Shown: positions 11,501 through 23,701 of the stretch, piece by piece
Layout of the letters: the number at the start of each line of letters is the position of its first letter
How positions within the stretch are numbered: the first letter of the stretch is position 1
NCBI GenBank assembly: GCA_001662655.1
Contig: KV460239.1
Length of the DNA: 64,000 bases
Source of the DNA: Pseudogymnoascus verrucosus
Taxonomy: Eukaryota
Reading direction: 5' to 3' (one strand)
Notes under the pieces: model-generated
The model's input: only the letters and a program-made list of their open reading frames with translations
What the model was told of the DNA's origin: nothing
The model's database searches: none
Program-made: the position numbers and the translations under genes

Positions 11501-13603
11501 GCCAAGATTCTGGACAAATCTGATGATTGGCTCCATGGCGAGGGGTCAGACATGGGCCACGCATTGGTTTCACGTCTACTCGAGGAATCGAAGGGCAACT
11601 CAACGACCGCATTTTATGCAGGCCGTGTTCTAGCCAATGTGCTATCCAGCCTTGTCGAATCGCACGGCTGGCACATGGCGGGTGGCGAGGATTGGCTGAC
11701 ATCCACAGATGCGCTCAAGTCGTCTACCCCGAACGGCTTCACCGCCGTTGCAATTCTGGCGGGCCTCAAGGAGAGTCTTGGATCTAGCAAGATTGTGAAT
11801 AATCTGTGCAACCGTCTTGTCAGCGATGTTACTGGTCTATCTTTAACAAGTGCTAAGGCACCTCTTCTTCTGAGCCTTATGAACGCGGCATTAGCTGTTT
11901 ACGACCAAGACAGCCTCCCAGTAGCGAATAACAGACTCGTCTTCGCAGTTAAGCAGATCACTGGCTGGCTGGAACAACCAGAGATTTTACACCCGGTACT
12001 CGCAGCACAAGCTTCTCGGAGTTTACAACTGCTGTTGCCGGGTATCAGCGAGGTGTACGGCCCATACTGGCAGATTACTATCGATTTCTGTGTCGCTTTC
12101 TGGAATTCCAAGCCGGTTATGCGGAATGCTAATATCTTCCTTCCTGCAATTCATACGACTTTGAGATTGATAATTCTGCTCAGGGGTCTCGAGGAACCGA
12201 ATGACGACCTCGTGGAAGCGTTGGAAGATGCCGAACACGAGATATCACAGGGGATGGTCACCCTTTTGGCCTTGAATAGACCAGAAGTGGAGACTCAACC
12301 GTGGAGAATTGTGAACGAGTTGATATACAGACAGGTCACAAAGGTGCCCTTGAAACACATTAAAGACCTCTCTGATCTCTACCCCCTCGTAGCATCAGAC
12401 TTCCCAGTCATCCAATCAGCCGCCTTCGGGATCCTACACCGCGCACTCCCAGCCGCCCAAGGAGATATCTCCGTCAACGTGCTCCTCGAGAAGAAAGACG
12501 CCCAACTCCCCGAAGAACTCTGTTCCCTCCTCCTCGAAGTCCCTCAAATGGAGAACTTCCCCGACGACATCCTATCCCAGTTCCCCCCACCAATCCGCAC
12601 CTACCTCCTCTCCTGGCACCTGATATTCGACGCCTTCTCCACCGCCTCCCACAAAGTCCGTAACGACTACACCACGCAACTCAAAGCCGAGAACCTCATC
12701 ACTCCCCTCCTAAACCTCCTCTTCGATATCCTAGGCCACTCGGCTGGTAAGCCGCTTAACCTCGATCGCGCGCGCCTCAAATCCGACGCTATACGCGCTT
12801 ATGATATGGACATTGCATCCGCCGAGCCAGACGAGTATAACATGCACTGGCTCCTAGTGCACCTCTACTACCTCTGTCTCAAATTCACCCCCGGCCTCGT
12901 CAAAAGCTGGTATCTAGAGTGTAAATCCAAGCAAACCCGTCTCGCCGTCGAATCCTGGACCGAGAAATCCTTCAGCCCCCTCGTCATCGTCGACACGCTA
13001 GATGATGTTGAGATCTGGGCCGAGGGGCTGGAAGAGCCGCCAGAGGACGAGAAGGAGTTGATTGTTAAGGTGTCGAAGAAGTCGAGGGAGGTGTATGCGG
13101 GGTATGAGGTTGATGAGATGACGATGCAGATTGCGATTCGCTTTCCGCCTATTTACCCGCTGGAGAGTATTAAAGTCGATGGTGTGAATAGGGTTGCTGT
13201 CTCGGAGAAGAAGTGGCAGAGTTGGTTGATGATTATTCAGGGCGTTATTACATTCTCCGTGCGTTACTCACCCCTCTCCCCCCTCTCCCCCCAGATAAGA
13301 AACAAACTAACACTACCACCCCAGAACGGCAGCATAACCGACGGCCTCCTCGCCTTCCGCCGCAACGTCACTGGTGCGTTGAAGGGGCAGACTGAATGCG
13401 CTATCTGCTACAGCATTGTGTCGAGTGACAAGAAGATGCCTGATAAGCGCTGTCAGACTTGCAAGCATCTGTTTCATAGCAGTTGTTTGTTTAAGTGGTT
13501 TGCGAGTAGTAACCAGAGTACGTGTCCGTTGTGTAGGAATCCGTTTAATTATGGGACGGATGTTGAGAAGAGGGCGAGGAGGAGGGGGGGCCCAGAAGTG
13601 TAG
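8530..13603 (+). CDS. RKR1: E3 ubiquitin ligase listerin (ribosome quality control), 3 exons
   Basis: N-terminal MSKKQFKSQASSSRA...FKNLLKKDSTTKAKGLEDL, then W^VKLYPRISIDNSRRVREL. C-terminal RWD-like region and RING domain CAICY...CQTCKHLFHSSCLFKWF...CPLCR. Introns 8821-8887 and 13259-13324. Confidence 0.95.
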
Positions 13604-14238
13604 ATGGGGGGTTGAGGGGCGTTTTGAGAGGGGGTAGGGGTAGATATAAATAAATCATTTGTGAAGGCTGGAGTATGTTTTGTTGCTTTGAAGACGTGTT
13701 TATCTGTGAGTTTCTGTGAAAATATGTTGCTTTATGAGATTCTGTGAAAATATATTTTTCGGTGAGTTTCTCAGATATAAAAAGCTTTGGTTGAGATCTA
13801 AGTGATCTGACTGGTCAACAGGAACTCAACAGAAGGTATTGTGTTGTGCATAATTTTATATTTTACTTTCTTTGTTTCTCCTACTCGTTTGTGCAAACGC
13901 ACTTTGCGTCCTCTGTTTATCCTGCTCAGTCGTGCAAACACATTTGGCAGCTTATCTATCTACTCCAGCTTGTTGTTTCGCCCGTCTGCACCTCTCTTGC
14001 TTACAACCCCAAAGGGACCCAACTTTCTGTTTCTTCTCCTGTTTACAACCTCGTCAAGCCACCTCAGGTTCACCATCCAGCAGCATCCAACAAGTCATAA
14101 TTGGTGCTTGGGTCACCACGTTTTCATTTTCACTCAGAAGCCACCATCCCATTCAAAACCTGTGGATCCACACTGTATGTTCTTTAGTGTGCACAACTGT
14201 TTTGTTGTCTATGTTACTAACTTCTCTAGATTGCTACG

Positions 14239-15460
14239 ATGGACCAGAAAGGCAGCAACCAGATTCGGGACTTCGAGTACGACATTGGAAACTCGGACCA
14301 TATTGAATTTTTGCGATTAGCCAACGAAGTTGGCTGCCTACCTCACGGCCCAGATCATCATATTTTGCAACGTGGATTGGGAAGTCAAGGTCGTTACACT
14401 ATCGATGCCCTCTTTCAAGGCGAAAGCTTCAAAGTAGTTCCGCTCCTCGCCAACAACTTTGAGCATCAGCATCTCATCCACTCCGGGCTTTTTATTAAAT
14501 TGTTCCCTACCACCTTTCTGGATTACCTTAAATACGGTTTGCACACTCGCGAAGTTTATTTCTCTTTGGAAGACAGCAGCTCTATTACGCTCCTTATGCA
14601 GGGTGTTGAACAGGCTCTTCGTGAAGCTTTTGATCCGTCATCTACTCAAATTGAAGTATCCCCCAAGAAAAACTTCAGTCAGTAAGTCAAAATACCCAGC
14701 ACTATACAATAGCAGCTATCTAACGAGTCATAGGTTGATGGGCCGGGAGACAGTGGAGATAATTGTTGGGGAAGGAGAGGATGCAAAGGAATTTGTGGTT
14801 CATAAGGAGCTCCTCATGGACAAGGTTTCCTTCTTCAAAAAGTTGTTTGACGGCGGGTTTCTTGAATCGTCAGCGGTCTCGGCAACCCTACCTGAAGATA
14901 ACCCAGACGCATTTGAAGTTTTCGTCGAATGGGTCTATTGCTCTACTGTGAAATCTCTCCATAGCGTGGGACGTTCTAAATATGATCAGGCCGACCTGGC
15001 AATCTCGACAGTTGTGCTTGCAGAGAAGTACATGCTACCTGACCTTGGTGACTGTGCCATGAGCTTTCTTGCCAAAATCGGGGAGGATTTGGTGCCAACA
15101 ATGTGTCAAATGAGCACGCTCTACAACAAGACTCCATTCACATCAAAGGCACATCTGTATGCTGCGAGGACGGTTGCATGGGCTTTGGTTAAACCAGAAA
15201 CCAACGGAGTGTCTAATGCTTCGATACACGATGCCTGCCAAGATAGCGACTTGTTGCTCGACGCCATCAAAGAAGTGAGAGGAACATCTGGTCCCAGTCA
15301 TAAAAGTGCTCATGACCATTCAGTCTGTGACTACCACAATCACCCCGAGATGCTTCAATGTCCGTACAAGGAGTATGAACGGACTTCCAACGATCAGAAC
15401 GAGTGCTCGGACTACGACCGGAGCATCAAACGGGGCAGGCACAACAGACGCGGCAGGTAA
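14239..15460 (+). CDS. BTB/POZ domain protein with an N-terminal extension, 2 exons
   Basis: Intron 14682-14733 (gtaagt...ctaac...tag) joins KNFSQ to LMGRETVEIIVG...FVVHKELL...FFKKLFDGGFLES...LPEDNPDAFEVFVEWVY (BTB). The start codon is less certain. Confidence 0.8.
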
Positions 15461-15968
15461 ATCTAACAAAATAACCACAACCAGCACAGACAGCATAGAT
15501 AGCATAGATAGCATAGCTGCTATATGCAACTAATTCAATACAGAAAGTTTTTCGCATAAGAATCTCCGTCTAAATAAATACCTGGCTCATGAGAATTTGA
15601 TATCAGGTCCCGCCATATTTTGTATGAGATAAGAATGCCCTTCACAATATGCTATGCCTGGTCCCGAGCCCATTATTATTACGATTAATATACGAAGTAG
15701 TGCACCCTCTGTACTTGTAAGACGATAAATCACAGTATGTAAGAGCAGTGTGAGTGATGGATATTATATTGTGCTGTACCGCATAATTGACGCCGTTATC
15801 TGAATCTTATTTTACAGTGGCGCATGGCCTAGTACTTGTGTGAATACCCCGAAGTGGTATTCATCATACTTATTTACTATGCTCTATAAGAGGATGTCGA
15901 GATTTCGATTATAATGCCAATGGCCCTCTGAGTTAACCAGCCAGTTGGACAACTATACGATAGCAGCC

Positions 15969-16916
15969 ATGTCTCAAAAAGCCAGTTCCAAAAGAAACAA
16001 CAAGCAAGCTTCCCAAGTAAAACCCTCGTCATTGCCTCCTTTATTTAGTGAGTGAGTATTGGAACCCAATGGTAGGATATATTCGATATTCTAACAATAA
16101 AGGACATTTGGCACAGAAACCGTCCAGATCACAGTCGGCGACGATGGATTCAAGCGCACGTTTACTGTGCACAAAAATCTCCTTGCCTCAAAATCAAGAT
16201 TCTTTTCCGCCATTTTCGACAGCAACTTCCTTGAAGCCGTAACATCAAACGCTTCTTTTCCCGATGACGATCCGAGCGCATTCGAAGCGCTCATGGAGTG
16301 GATTTACTACGACAGTCTGAAAACCATAGGTCTCAATAGCAACCATACACAAGAAGAGGGGCGGGAGAATATGAGAAAGATAATAGCGACATTAGGACTT
16401 GCGGATAAATATTGCATTGATGAGCTGGCGGATAGGTGTCTAACAATTCTATACCACCGCTCGAGGGAGTACGTTAGTTGCAAGTTGGACCTCGACATGA
16501 TTGCCTTCATCTATGAAGAAACCGGCCCGATATCCATGGCAAGAAAGTACGCAGCATCTGAGCTAGCAGCTGCAGTTACTGCCACGTCCGTACTGGACCT
16601 AAGGGTCCGTTCGAAATCTGCTATTATTACAGCCTTGAGGATATCAGAAATCTGCAAGCAGAACCGGGATATTTTAGATGACTTATTCAAGGCTATTACA
16701 GCAAGGCCACAGTCTCCTGGGCCAACTACGGGAACATGCCAATTCCACCTGCACCCAAAGGTTGCGGTATGTCCATACCGCGGAATGGACGAAGAGGTTG
16801 CTGTCCGCCCAAAAGAAGACAGCTTGTACTGTGGCTGCGGGAGGTCAAGGTCCAGATGTAACGATAGACAAGCAAGGACTGGAAAACGGTGTCCTGCGTT
16901 TGGTAGACCGAGATAG
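15969..16916 (+). CDS. BTB/POZ domain protein, 2 exons
   Basis: Intron 16052-16102 joins PLFSE to TFGTETVQITVG...FTVHKNLL...FFSAIFDSNFLEA...FPDDDPSAFEALMEWIY (BTB). Confidence 0.85.
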
Positions 16917-17449
16917 AGATTGGCTGGTATTGATTGAACTGAAGCCAGGTAGGAGAAAGGCTTGTAGTATTTAACAACATCCGTCGTTAATTTATTTCTT
17001 CATTTTTATTATTGGTAGCTTGATAAAAATAACCCCAGGGACGGTAGCACCGTAGATCAAGAGTATGGTTTCAGGCCTAACTTCATAATTTTTGTATATA
17101 TATTGAGAATATTGCTCTCATAGTTGGATAACTTCCAATGTTAAAGCTAGAAATAACGGCCTGTAGTTGGAGCTTGGTGCTATCACGTGCAAGTTAGCTA
17201 CGGCAGAATCGCCCCGTTAGTCTTACCGCCCACCCCACCCTCGGTATAACGACAATACTGGGGAACGGTTGGCTTGCCGTGGAATCATATTCATGTCCGG
17301 CCGGTTCTACAGACAACGAAGCACTCCGAGTATACGACTACTTCACAACAATGCTAGACTTCGCTTTTCCTTGATACCTTATTTCTACTGAACCGAAAGA
17401 CAGTACCGCCAACATAAATCGACACGGCGCATAGCCCTACCCCGCAAAT

Positions 17450-18615
17450 ATGTTGCAATTCCAAACGCAAGGCTATAACGGCTATGCCGTAAAATACTCG
17501 CCATTCTTTGATTCTAGGATTGCTGTCTCGGCATCTATGAACTTTGGACTTGTAGGCAATGGCCGACTTTATATTTTAAACCTCACACCGAATGGCATTG
17601 TTGCCGAGCAAACGTAAGTCCTGGACCACTCCGATACCCCGCGCCCATCCCACCCGACATTGCGCTTCCGGAGCTCATACTGACAATACGCACAGATATG
17701 ACACACAAGACTCCCTCTTCGATACAGCCTGGTCGGAAGCGCACGAGAACCAAGTAGCTGTCGGATGCGGCGACGGCTCAGTCAAGCTCTTCGACATCTC
17801 CGTCCCACAATTCCCCGTCCAGTCGTGGCAGGAGCACAAGCGCGAGGTTTTCTCCGTATTCTGGAATCTAGTCGCCAAAGATACCTTTGCATCCTCCTCA
17901 TGGGATGGAACAATCAAGATTGTATGCTCCCCAACCCCCCTTGGATTAACCTTCCAACTAACATATTCAGTGGTCACCACATCGCCCCCAATCCCTCACC
18001 ACCCTCCCCACCCACTCCTGCACCTACTCCACAGCATTCAGCCCTCACTCCCCGTCCATACTCTCCTCCGTCTCCTCCGACTCCCACCTCCGCATCTTCG
18101 ACCTCCGCACCCCCACCTCCGCCGCAAACCACCTCGTCTCCTCAATCCCCATCCACACCCCCCTCCCGCACGTCTCACAAATCCAACCCGTCGGCTCCAA
18201 CCGCCCACCCACCGCCTTCCAGCCTTCGGAAGCACTCACCCACGACTGGAACAAGTATCGCCCCAACACCATTGCCACGGCGGGCGTTGATCGCATTATC
18301 CGTACCTTCGATATTAGGAACTACTCTGCCCCGCTTACCTTGCTCCAGGGCCATGAGTACGCGATTCGCAAGATTGCGTGGTCTCCGCATCTTCCTGATG
18401 TCCTGCTCTCGGCTTCTTATGATATGAGCTGCCGTATCTGGACGGATGGATCGAATGGTGGAGTTGGCCGCGAGCTGGGTCGCATGAACGCGCATACAGA
18501 GTTTGTCACGGGTGTGGATTGGTGCTTGTTTGGTGCTGAGGGCTGGGCGGCGAGTTGTAGTTGGGATCAGAGGGTTTTGATCTGGGATGCGAAGAGTTTC
18601 ATGGGTGGACCGTAG
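17450..18615 (+). CDS. PEX7: Peroxisomal PTS2 receptor (WD40), 3 exons
   Basis: MLQFQTQGYNGYAVKYSPFFDSRIAVS...NFGLVGNGRL is the Pex7 N-terminus. WD repeats include SSSWDGTIKIW, LTHDWNKY and HTEFVTGVDW. Introns 17614-17695 and 17922-17970. Confidence 0.95.
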
Positions 18616-19130
18616 AAGGTGTTACCAAGGAGAATGAGCTTGAAGAGGTCGGCGGAAGGAGAAGAGATCGCAGGATAGGTCTGGAAACTCTATCAATGTA
18701 AATGAGGAGAGATAGCAAGCATATGGCGTTGAGGAGTTAGGTAAAATTATAGATGGCCTTGTGAATGAGGACTTGGAGACAGACACCACCACGATTACAA
18801 CGCGTGACAGATAAGATATATAGTATAAAGTAGAGTTTTCAAATTATCGGTACTATACTATGCGTACAAGTTTATATAAAAGACAAAGCTTTCCCACGCT
18901 CTGCAAATGCCCCCATATGCGTTAAAACGAGGCCAGATTCAGAACGCCAGCGCCACCCAATCATCCATCCCTTCTATGATACAATACTGTGCTCTTCAAT
19001 CTCGGCCCAGATCCTCAAATCGTACAACACGTCGGTAGTCGTACACCGGGCCCATAACCCAACGGGGCTCCCCCAAAAATTTCTATAATAACAGGATCCG
19101 AAACGAACCGCCTTTTAGGAAACAAGGTGC

Positions 19131-21320
19131 TTAAAACGAAGCACCGAAGTCCTGTCTTCCGCCACGGTCGTTGCCGTAGCCGGAGCCGCCATCGCGACCT
19201 CCAAAGCCACGTCCGCCGTCACGTCCACCGTCACGACCTCCGAAGCCACGTCCACCGTCACGTCCACCGTCACGACCTCCGAAGCCACGTCCGCCGTCAC
19301 GTCCACCGTCACGACCTCCGAAGCTACGTCCACCAAAGCCACCACCACCACCACGGCCACCAGAGCTGCGTCCTCCGAAGCCGCCGCCGCCACCACGGCC
19401 GAATCCTCCGGACCTGCCTCCGTCCATAGGTCTTGGTGCCGGCTCATCATCAATCGAGTTGTGGCCAGAAACCAATCCCCTAACTCTGCTCAGGCCCAGC
19501 TTGTTTGCAAGCCCGTGACCAATCGATGGCGGGGAGTCAAAGCCCCATCCGTAGCGAGTCCACTGGTATAAGCTATCCATCAAGCCCTGCTTATCGCTGA
19601 TAGATTGGAGCGAGCCGAGTGCCGCCTGGAAGGCAGCGATTTTATCGTATCTTGAAACACGCTTGGTAGCCTCGCCGACCTGGACAAGAATCTGTGCTGC
19701 ATCAGCTCCAAGCTGGGCATCCTTAGTCATGTCGATGCGGGAAGTCTCAATCGTGGTATCAGGCTTGATAGGCAGACCCTTGAGAATGCGGCGAGCCTGG
19801 TTCATCTCGATATCGGTGAAGAGTGCGTAACCCACTCCACTCTTGTCGCCACGGCCGGTACGTCCAACACGATGGATGTACTGGTCACGGTTGGGGGGAA
19901 CACCGATTTGGATGACGTGAGTGACGCCGGGGAAGTCCATACCACGGGCGGTAACATCGGAGGAGACCATAATGGCGGACTTAGCGCGACGGAAGCGATC
20001 CGAGACGCGAGTACGCTGCTGTTGAGTAAGCTTGCCGTGCATCGCCGAAACCTCAGCTGGGTGAAGCGGGTGAGTGCCGTAAAGAGCGTTATCGGATTGG
20101 CTGAGGGACTCGAGAATGCCAGCGTAAAGAGTGACGTTCGCGGTAGATGGCAAGTAGACAATAGCCTTGAATGGAGGTTGGGTTGGGTCTTGTGCGACCT
20201 TTGCGATCTCCTTTGTGCAGATCTCAACGAGGGCAGGTGCAACGTTTTCGAAGCCCTTGCACGACACAACATGTTGAGGAATCCTTTCGTGGGTTGGCGC
20301 CTCATCGCTCTTGACCGTCTGCACGAACTGGAAGTCGGGCTTCAATGTGCTCCTCACAAGGCTCATCACCTCGCGCGGTACAGTGGCGGAAAAGAGAAGG
20401 GTCTGACGATCCGTGATGCTTCTGTTTGGAAGAAGGTCGAGAATGGCCTCAATATCCTTGGAGAAACCTTGGTCCAACAGGCGATCAGCCTCATCAAGGA
20501 CGACGGCCTTAAGATTGGGTGCCGAAACCCTGCTGTATGGATCGGTCAGGAGATCGTTGAGACGTCCTGGAGTGGCCACAAGCAAATGGCAGCCCTGGCG
20601 CTGCATTTGGTTCAGCATCGCCCTCTTGTTGCTTCCACCAACTGCGACCTGAACCTTGATGTCGGTGCCTCTGCAGAGCTTCTGGGCCTCGACGGCGAGT
20701 TGCTCAGCAAGCTCACGGGTAGGCGACATGACAATTGCACGGATATCCGAAGCGGTTGACCTGGGGCTGCGCATCCTCTGACCCTGACCCGCAAGTTCCG
20801 GGCTGGCCTTTAAGATGTTCTGTATAACGGGAATGAGGAATCCTAGAGTCTTGCCGGTACCTGTCCTTGCTTGCGCAATACTAGTTTGTTATTAGCGTTT
20901 ATCTTAAAAGTGGCAAAAGTGAGGAGGTGCATACACGTCTGTTCCCTTCAGTGTCTCGGCAATTGTAAGTTGTTGCACATCAGTCATGGTTTCATGGCCC
21001 ATCGTCTGCGTGATTTCCCTGATAATCGCTGGGTGGACATGTCCTCTATCCGCAAGTTCCTGGAACTTTGTGATGATCTCGACATCTTCGTTTGACCTCG
21101 CGATAATTTCATCTTTGGGATCGAAGACCTGCTCTTGGTCGTTGTGGAAGTAGCGAGTCGCAGGCTGGGCGTGAAGAAACCTCGCTGCAATGGCAGTTTT
21201 CGGTATTTGAATCGACTTGGAGGCAAAGACAGAGGTGCGCGAGAATGGGAGTGCGCTCCTCGACGAACTCTGGGCAACTCTGCATAGCGAGGCAGCGCCT
21301 CTTCTGCAAACATTGAGCAT
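19131..21320 (-). CDS. MSS116: Mitochondrial DEAD-box RNA helicase (Mss116/CYT-19 type), 2 exons
   Basis: Presequence-like N-terminus; Q motif MTDVQ; AQARTGTGKT across intron 20881-20934; PTREL, DEAD, SAT, ARGMD and HRVGRTGR; RGG-rich C-terminal tail. Confidence 0.9.
19195..19335 (-). repeat. 39-bp coding tandem repeat (GGRGFGGRDGGRD), about 3.5 units
   Basis: cgacctcc recurs at 19195, 19234, 19273 and 19312, with an internal 12-bp subrepeat. Confidence 0.92.
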
Positions 21321-22263
21321 GGTGAGGTTGGAGGTCCCTCAGGGGATATAAAGAATTAAGTTGCTAAAAATGTGACAGTGAAGAGTAAAAAGAACGAATG
21401 CCACTGTTTGATGGGCGTATAAGGAAGGTAAAGGGGTGGAATTAGAAGAGGGCGGATGGAATTTGTTGCAGATGATTGATAGAGAGGCCAATATCTTTGG
21501 CCATCCAACAACTTCTTGGGACTTTTTTGACGCTAGTGGGAAACTTTCTCCACCAACCGCTAGGAACACGCGACCGTCACGTGCTCAGGGGCGAGGCTGA
21601 GCTAGAGCCTTGTCAAGCCCAAATGAGAGGTATTTTTATGGGACGAGCCACACGGAAGAGTACTGTACGAGTGAGCTGCCCATTTAATTTTTGATAGATA
21701 CTATCTATACACGAGGTTTTACATAACAGGATTTATTATTGCAAGTGAAAAATACGGTCTATATGTTTAGTTTTTCCATGGTATGGTTATGGTCCCCGTA
21801 GTGGCGGGAGCCGCTACGGTTATAAGCATTTCTTGGGTGAGCTTGTGATGATGGATACAGCTTGTCAGCTTGTCATATAATATCCTTCACGTTGGAAAAT
21901 AAGCATTTAATTTTGGATGATCCCAATGACATTGCGAACTATAGCCTTGTATAGTATCCGGCTCTGGATTAATATCTTAATCCCACTATTCGAGGAGGGA
22001 AAAGGCGTGGAAGTCTAACACAGTTTCCCGCCGATCTGCTCGATTGGACAGCACAGGTCATCATCTAGTACAGCCAAAGTCTCCCAGAAGCCCAAATAAA
22101 CGGTGGAGTGCCGGAAATTCTTATAAAGATTGGTCCATTGTACTGTATAATACACTGCGGCTTGACCCCGTTTCCGCCGTATTTATACGCCTGCGCCTAT
22201 GCATTTTCTACCTTGATAACGCCATCCAATAACTCCCACTGCTCGCACAGAAACCGCCCTGAC

Positions 22264-23084
22264 TCAGACACACAATCTGTAACTGGCATATCGCCCAGCC
22301 GTCTCACTGGTCCTGATGATCTTGACGACTTGTCCTCTCCTCAAACCAAGGTATCTGGCGACTGGGTCTCCCACTTGGATACGAGGCAACTGGGTGTCCT
22401 TCAGGCGGTAACGCTGCAATAACTTGGATCGCTCTTCCTTGCTTAGCAAAACGTGTTTCGGGACCAATTCGTGGTGGGTGATGTTGACGAGTAGGTCCTG
22501 TTCCAGGAAGCACTCGATTCTGGTCTCTGACGCAACGGCGGGAACAATCTTCATGGCCGCGGGTGTGATGTGGACGTGCGTGACCAGAATGCCGGTGTGG
22601 AAGTTGCCCTGGGACAGAACCTGGGCGAACGATCGCATTTGCTTGATACCAACATTGGTATCTGCGAGGAATTCGATATAGATCGTGCCCACGTCAGCCT
22701 TGGGTGGGTTTGGGTTTGCGGCAGTTGCTGGAGTAGAGTATCGCGCGACCATCTCGACACTTGGACGAGCGGTGAAGATCATCTTCTTGCGACTGTGGCT
22801 AGGTCAGCTTGAATGGGAGAAATCGAGGGTCGTATCTGCTCAAACATACTCCGGAACGCCGTCATTTGTGAATCGGTTCTTGAACTCAGCGAGAGAGATG
22901 CTCAGCTCATCTTCATTCAGCTCATAACCCTATAGACCTTGTTAGTGATTTGATGTGCCAGCTCCTCACTGCGACGACGCACTCTGTCATTGACCATCTG
23001 ATGAACGGTCCTCCATGCGCGCCAAAGCCTTGCTACCTCGCGATCAGCGATATCCCTCGCTTTTTGTTGGTCTTCGTCGGCCAT
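22264..23084 (-). CDS. RPB5: RNA polymerase I/II/III shared subunit RPABC1, 3 exons
   Basis: [16 protein letters not shown]^GYEL...[14 protein letters not shown]...[35 protein letters not shown]. Introns 22930-22982 and 22793-22849. Confidence 0.97.
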
Positions 23085-23701
23085 TGCGATGGTCAAGTAG
23101 CCAGAGGTTGAATGAAGTTGTCAAAATGCGAGTTGTTGGTGTTGGGGTGTGATTTTGCAGTTCTTTTCTGTTGATCTTCAACTTTGAGGCAACAAAAATA
23201 GTGCTGCAAGGATGCAGCCCGCTATCACGCTAGCCAAAAAGCGGGTCCGAGTGAACAGTCCCCAAAAACCGCACAGACATGCTATCAAGATTACTCGTGC
23301 CGCTCCAAAAATCTGAAGAAGGGCAGTGTTTAGCTGAAGATTTATACTAATAATTTATAGAAATTTATTATACGTATAATAAAAATCGCTTTAATTTATT
23401 CCTTTGGCTTCATTTTTTAATAACTATCAAATTGAACGTCTGAAAATGGCGAATGCCAATCGGCGACAATCCACGCGGTTCTGCCAAAGTCCACCCCCAG
23501 CCGCGCTAAGAATTTCACTCGCTTGGACTCTAAAGTTGGTAGGCGCACTCCGAGAAAAGTGTCCTTGACTTTCTGGGACCCTGCAAGCTGCACCCTTTCT
23601 TTTGGACTGCGGCAATATTTAAAGGCTCTGAAAGTGGGATTCTTTGTTTCTTACTATTCCAAGACATTTACATATTCTTGGTTTGATTTATAATAATCAT
23701 T

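Noticed and set aside
15818..15863. tRNA-like start GGCGCATGGCCTAGT followed by the hairpin TGAATACC/GGTATTCA
   Set aside because: No T-arm (GTTC) and no complementary acceptor stem, so it cannot fold as a tRNA.
19872..20759. 295-aa antisense ORF over MSS116, and similar shadows over NCL1, BFR1 and MTG2
   Set aside because: Expected consequence of GC-biased codon usage on the sense gene; no recognisable motifs.
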